From NCBI GenBank assembly GCA_976551045.1, contig CDPCPM010000418.1, forward strand, positions 3,472,001-3,536,000: a DNA stretch of 64,000 nt. The letters are read 5' to 3'. Below, in pieces: positions 59,005 through 64,000 of the stretch. The number at the start of each line of letters is the position of its first letter. Position 1 is the first letter of the stretch. The translations under genes were made by a program, and so were the position numbers. The notes under the pieces were generated by a model, which had not been told where the DNA came from, searched no databases, and saw only the letters and a program-made list of their open reading frames with translations. Origin of the DNA: Glaucostegus cemiculus. Lineage: Eukaryota.

Positions 59005-61270
59005 AGGGATCTCACCAAAGCACTATTTCACAAAAGTGCAACATCCCTACTTTTGTATTCAATGTTCCTCACAATAATTTATAATATCTATTAGCTTCCC
59101 TATGCATGCCAGCCTTTCATGAATCAAAAAACGAGGGTACCCCGAGCATTTCAGAGTTCTATAATGTCTCACCATTTGGACAATATACTTGTTCTTTTCA
59201 TTTTTCCTGCCAAAGTGGATATTTTCACATTTCTCCACATTCCACTCCATGTGCCAGATCCTTGCCCACTCATTTAACTGCTCTATATTCCTTTGAAGCT
59301 TCCCAATGTCTTTTCACAACTTATTTTCCAACTGTGTATGTGTCGTCAGCACATCTAGCAACTGTAGCTTGAATCTCTTCATCCAAATCATATAGACATT
59401 GTTAAAAGGATGAGATCCTAGCACAAATCCCTGTGGTAAACCACTTGTTACATCTTGCCAACCAGAACAGAAACATTTAAGCCTACCCTCTTTTCCCTGT
59501 TATCCAGCCAATCTTCCATCTATGCCAATATGTTATTTCTTACACCTTGAGCTTTTATTTTCCTCAATAACGTCTTGTGGCAATTTATCAAATGCCTTTT
59601 GGAAATCTAAGTACTGTATATCTGCTGGTCCTGCTTTATCCACAGCACATGTTACTTCTTCAAGAGATCTCCAATAAATTGGTCAAAGATGATTTTCCTT
59701 TCATAAAACCAGGTTGACTTTAACTGGTTACCTCTAAGTGTTCTTGTATAATGTCTTTAATAATAGTTTCTAACATTTTCCCCATGATAGAAGTTAACAT
59801 CTGTAGTTTTGTGCTCTGTCTCCCTCATTTTTTGAGTATACGAGTTATATTCACTATTTTCTAATCTAGTGGAGCCTTTTTCAATGTAATAAATATTTCA
59901 AAACTTAAAACTGGCATATCTACCACCTTCCTAGCCACTTTGTTTAAGACCGTAGAATGAAGTCCAACAGGACCTGGGTACTTGCCAGCCAATAACTTGC
60001 TCAGTACCACTGTCCTGGTGATTACAGGTTTCTCCAAGTTCCTTCGTCCTTTCCAATGCCAGATTTATCGCTATTTCTAGGATGGAACATGTATCACCTA
60101 TAGTGAAGATGATGCAAATACATGTTTAAAACATATATCATCTCCTTATTTCCCATTAATTTGCCCCAACTCACTTTCTAAAGGACAAATGCTCCCTTTA
60201 TTAATGCTTTTAAATATCCATAGAAATTCATATTATCTTTTACATGTCTAGCAAGCTTTGTCCTTAATTTTTCCTTCCACATTAATCTTTTAGTCATTAT
60301 ATATTCCATCCGGTCTTTTGAACCCTACCAGCCTTTGTGCAGTTATATGACTTTTTTCCTTCAAGGTTGACACTCAGAGCCATAGAGTGATACAACAAGG
60401 AAATAGACCCTTGACCCCACTGAGTCCATGCTAACCATCAAGTGTCCTTTTACACTAATCTCTATTTATTCTTCCCCCCCCCCCACTGCATCAACTAGCT
60501 CCAGATTCTACCACTCATCTACAGTTGCCAATTCACCCACCAAACTTCATAATCACTGGGACACTGGGGGAAACTGGAACATCTGGGGAAAACCCAAGTG
60601 GTCACATGGAGAACATGCAAACTCCACACAGACCACACCAGACCTCAGGATTAAACCCAGGTTGCTGGAGTTATCAGGCAGGAGCTCCACTGGCTGTGCC
60701 ACTGTGTTACCCTAAAGGTATCCTTTCTCTAATCTATTTATTTTTGAGGATCTCCTGGAAGGTCTTGTCACCACATCTCGATTGAATGATTCCTTATCCA
60801 AATTTGCCAGCTCCCTTTAGCTAGTTCTGCTTTCATAGTCTCGTAATTGCCCTTACGAGTGAAAATACTATACAAGTACCCATTCTTCTTTCCCTTAAAC
60901 TGAATGTAAAATTCAATCATTTTGTGATCACTACTACTTAGATGCTCCTTCACTATGAAGTCATTAATTAATCCTAACTCGTTGGACAATACAAGGTCTT
61001 GTATAGTTTGGTAGGATCCCAAATATTCTGCTCTAAGAAGCTATCCTGTAAAATCTTAATGAACTCCATGTCCATGCCCACCTGATCTTTCCAGTTTATA
61101 TGTAGATTAAAATCCCCTGTGATTATCACTATCCTTCTGAGAAGCTCCCATTATTTCTTCCTTTATACTGCATCCTACCATGTGGTTACCATTAGGGGGC
61201 TGTAGACCACTTCCACAATTGACTTCTTGCCTTAATTACTTCTCTTCCCCTCCCAAACCACCTCTACAGC
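59005..61270 (-). mobile_element. Decayed CR1 ORF2 (EN to RT), with a - strand V-SINE at 60378-60712
   Basis: DLVLSNELGLIND..EHLSSSDHKMIEF; MEWNVEKCENIHFGRKN; SINE ggagaacatgcaaactccacacagac. Confidence 0.92.
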
Positions 61271-61279
61271 CTTGTTCCC

Positions 61280-63275
61280 TGGTCATTGCAACTTACTATA
61301 CAGAAATTGGCTCCCATTTTATAACAGTGAGTCCACTTCAAAAATAATTAATTGAGTGTGAAGCACTTTAGGAGGTTCTGAAGTCAAGAAATACACTCCA
61401 TAAATAGAAGACTTCCTTTTAAATATCTCAAGATACGAACGCTTACATGATGTGTTGGAAGGTCACACAGATCAAACCTTCCTTACACTGCCAGAAAGGC
61501 TAAAAGAAATGATCCTTTCTTCCTTTCCCTCTCATTCCTACTCTCCAGCTACTTTTCCCATCACAATCTTTGTCAGCCTCTTATTTCACTAATCTTATTT
61601 TGATCCTATCAAGCAGAGGGTTTGAAGACTGAAATAAAAATGCTACAATAAAGCAGCCAGAAAGCTGAGAATACTCTTTACTAAAATACCAACTACATAA
61701 TAACATGCCTCCTTTTGTCTGGAAAACATATAATTTACAAATAAAGTGAGTCCTATAATCATAATGATGAATGTGGCAGCTGAAATTTAACTGTGTGCCA
61801 TTATATTGTGATTAAGGTTGTGCCTTCATTGTATAATTAGAGCACATTCTATCTACAGGTTAATTTGGGATTTTTTTGCCTCAAAAATATTTTCTGGCCT
61901 GTTCTCAAAAGGCACTGCTTTATAGTGATGTCATTCAATAGATCCTTTTGATACAGAACCATAGAATAACACAGCAGAGAAGGAAGCCATTCAGCCCACC
62001 ATGCCTGAAAACAAGATTTATACAAAGAACCTAATGATGTCAGAATGTCCAAAAATGGTTTGCAGCCAATGAAGTAATGTTTAAGTATAGTCACCATTGG
62101 AAATGCAACAGAGCACAGCAAGGTCACGTAGATGGCAAAGTCCAAATACTGTAGTTTGTTTTAGAAATATTGATTGAGGGCTAAATAATGGCCAGGGCAT
62201 TGGGTATCCCCTGGTTCTCTTCAGAATATTGCCCCACAGACTTATGTCCACTTGAAAGGACAGATGATGCTCCGGTAAAATTTCACAAACAAGTGGCTAC
62301 AACTCAGACAGTGCAGCCCTCCCTCAGTATTGCACTGTGGTCAAGTCTCTAGATTGGAACTAGAACCTTCAGTCTTTTGATTCCGAGGCAAGTATACTAC
62401 AATTTGGCAAATATTTGAAAGCCTTATCAATTAGTTCAAATCCCATGATCTATATCTATACCCCACCAAATAATTCCTTTTCTAGGTATCACTTTTTTCT
62501 TGTTTGTAATCAAATTGCCTATTACCATTGAATACACTACTGCTACACTTTTGGGTAGTGGGTTATCATAATATGAAATCCACCAAGTATATAAACATTT
62601 GCTTAGAAATTCTAATGCAGAATATGGACGTGCTGGATTGGGATTGCAGCAAGGGATCAATGGCCACATGGGGTGGGGGAGTGGGGAGCTGGGTTCCCAA
62701 GCTGGTACTTACCAAAACTTAAAATATTGTTGTCCTGGGAGTGCCTATTGATGGTTGTTTCTTGGGCAACTTAGTTTAACTTCCCCTGCAGTGCACAGGG
62801 AACAATGTTAAACTGTGCACGACCAATGTGGAAATCGTGTTAGACATTCAAGGGCATGCCTGATCAATTTTCTGAACTGGGAAGTAGTGGTATTAAAGTT
62901 TACTGTGGAGCATGAAGAAGATTTTCAATTGCACCATGCTGAGAAATAAAGGTTATGTGATTAAATTTCTATATGTCACCACTTCCCAATCTTCATAAGC
63001 TTCATAAAGGGTCTTTTTCAGAAGTGTCAACTGGGGTGCAGTGGGTATACACTATCATCCTTTAGGTGGGTACAGGCCTATTACAAGGGCTGAAGTGTAT
63101 ATTCCAAATTGATAATCTCAGTACAGTACTGACAGTGTGCTACACTGCTAGAGATACAGTCTTTTGGATAAGTCTTTAAACTGATGCCTGGACTGGTGGT
63201 GTGGTGATCCCATTGCACATTTTGAATGAACGGGTAAGTTTATGCAGTATGGCCAATATTCAATTTTTCAATTGG
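61280..63275. mobile_element. DeuSINE copies (+ 61280-61420, - 62000-62410, + 63030-63275)
   Basis: cagccaatgaagta..gtcaccattg; gtgcagccctccctcagtattgcactg; cagtactgacagtgtgctacactg. Confidence 0.78.
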
Positions 63276-64000
63276 CATTTGGTTTGGGTTCATGACTTGA
63301 ACGGTATAATGAAGACTCTGCAATGAAGCAGTGAGAACTGGAGGAAAATTGTAGAAAGGCAAATTGAAGAAAATTTCCCCAACCCAGAAGTGCAAACTTT
63401 ACAAAAAGTAACTTGTGTTTGTGTTCTGAGAACTGCTACAGAACACAAAGAAACTCGACTTTAAATCTCTCAACTGCATTCAAATCTAGTTCCTCTCCAT
63501 TTCTGTAACCTCCTCCAGTCCTCCAATGTCATTAATCTTCCTTTTCCAGCCTTTTGGTAGTCTGATGTTTTTTTGTTCCACCAGTAGTAATTGTGTCTTC
63601 ATTTGTCTGGGATTCAAGTTCTTTAATAATTCTCTCTGAAGCCCCTCACCTTTTTCCAAGGGATACTATTAAAATCAGTCCTGACATCCATCCCAATTTG
63701 AGACCTGATGTTCAATTTCCCTTGAAAAGACTGGAGTAAAACAACGGTAAAACAGGCAGTTCAAAATGTTGAAAGGAACGCAGAGATGCAAGTTGTAAAA
63801 AAAAATGATCAGACTTCATAAAGCACAAAGCATTCAACCAGCAGGCAAAGCTTGGTAACCAGAGCAACTATAATTGCAGGTCTCTCATCTACTGAATGTG
63901 ACAGCTCCAGGATCATTTACTGCAATTTATCTGCAGCCCTTGCTAGACCTGAACTCTTAGAGCAGTAGATTTTTTTTTGTTGTAAAAAGCATTAAGTGAT

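Noticed and set aside
1-64000. CRISPR arrays, rRNA, operons, LTR/endogenous viral genes
   Set aside because: No regularly spaced repeat-spacer array, rRNA motif, or gag/pol/env/capsid-like peptide seen; the sequence is vertebrate intronic or intergenic

Overview
Eukaryotic, repeat-dense, AT-rich vertebrate DNA. The repeat content (CR1 LINEs, V-SINE/HE1-type SINEs, DeuSINE/SacSINE-type SINEs, L2, Penelope, Rex1, RTE) points to a cartilaginous fish, possibly a batoid (inference from family recognition, no database search). There is no prokaryotic-style gene content, and nearly all listed ORFs are chance ORFs or LINE remnants. The window looks like the 5' or intronic part of one large unidentified gene, probably on the - strand. 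Evidence is a well-formed 158-nt candidate exon (51200-51357), a ~3.6-kb CpG island with divergent splice donors (35.1-38.7 kb) and two smaller CpG-retaining patches (~32 kb, ~53.7 kb). The rest is nested transposon debris, including two young 5'-truncated CR1 copies with intact reading frames and a hAT-Charlie MITE with TIRs and TSD. The most unusual signals are (i) short Penelope-derived elements carrying minimal hammerhead-ribozyme-like cores, one subfamily with a non-canonical CUGAUGCA core and several copies arranged as head-to-head fold-backs, and (ii) V-SINEs sharing one body but carrying different LINE-type tails. I cannot support a wholly new gene system from this sequence. Boundaries of decayed repeats are approximate (tens of bp).
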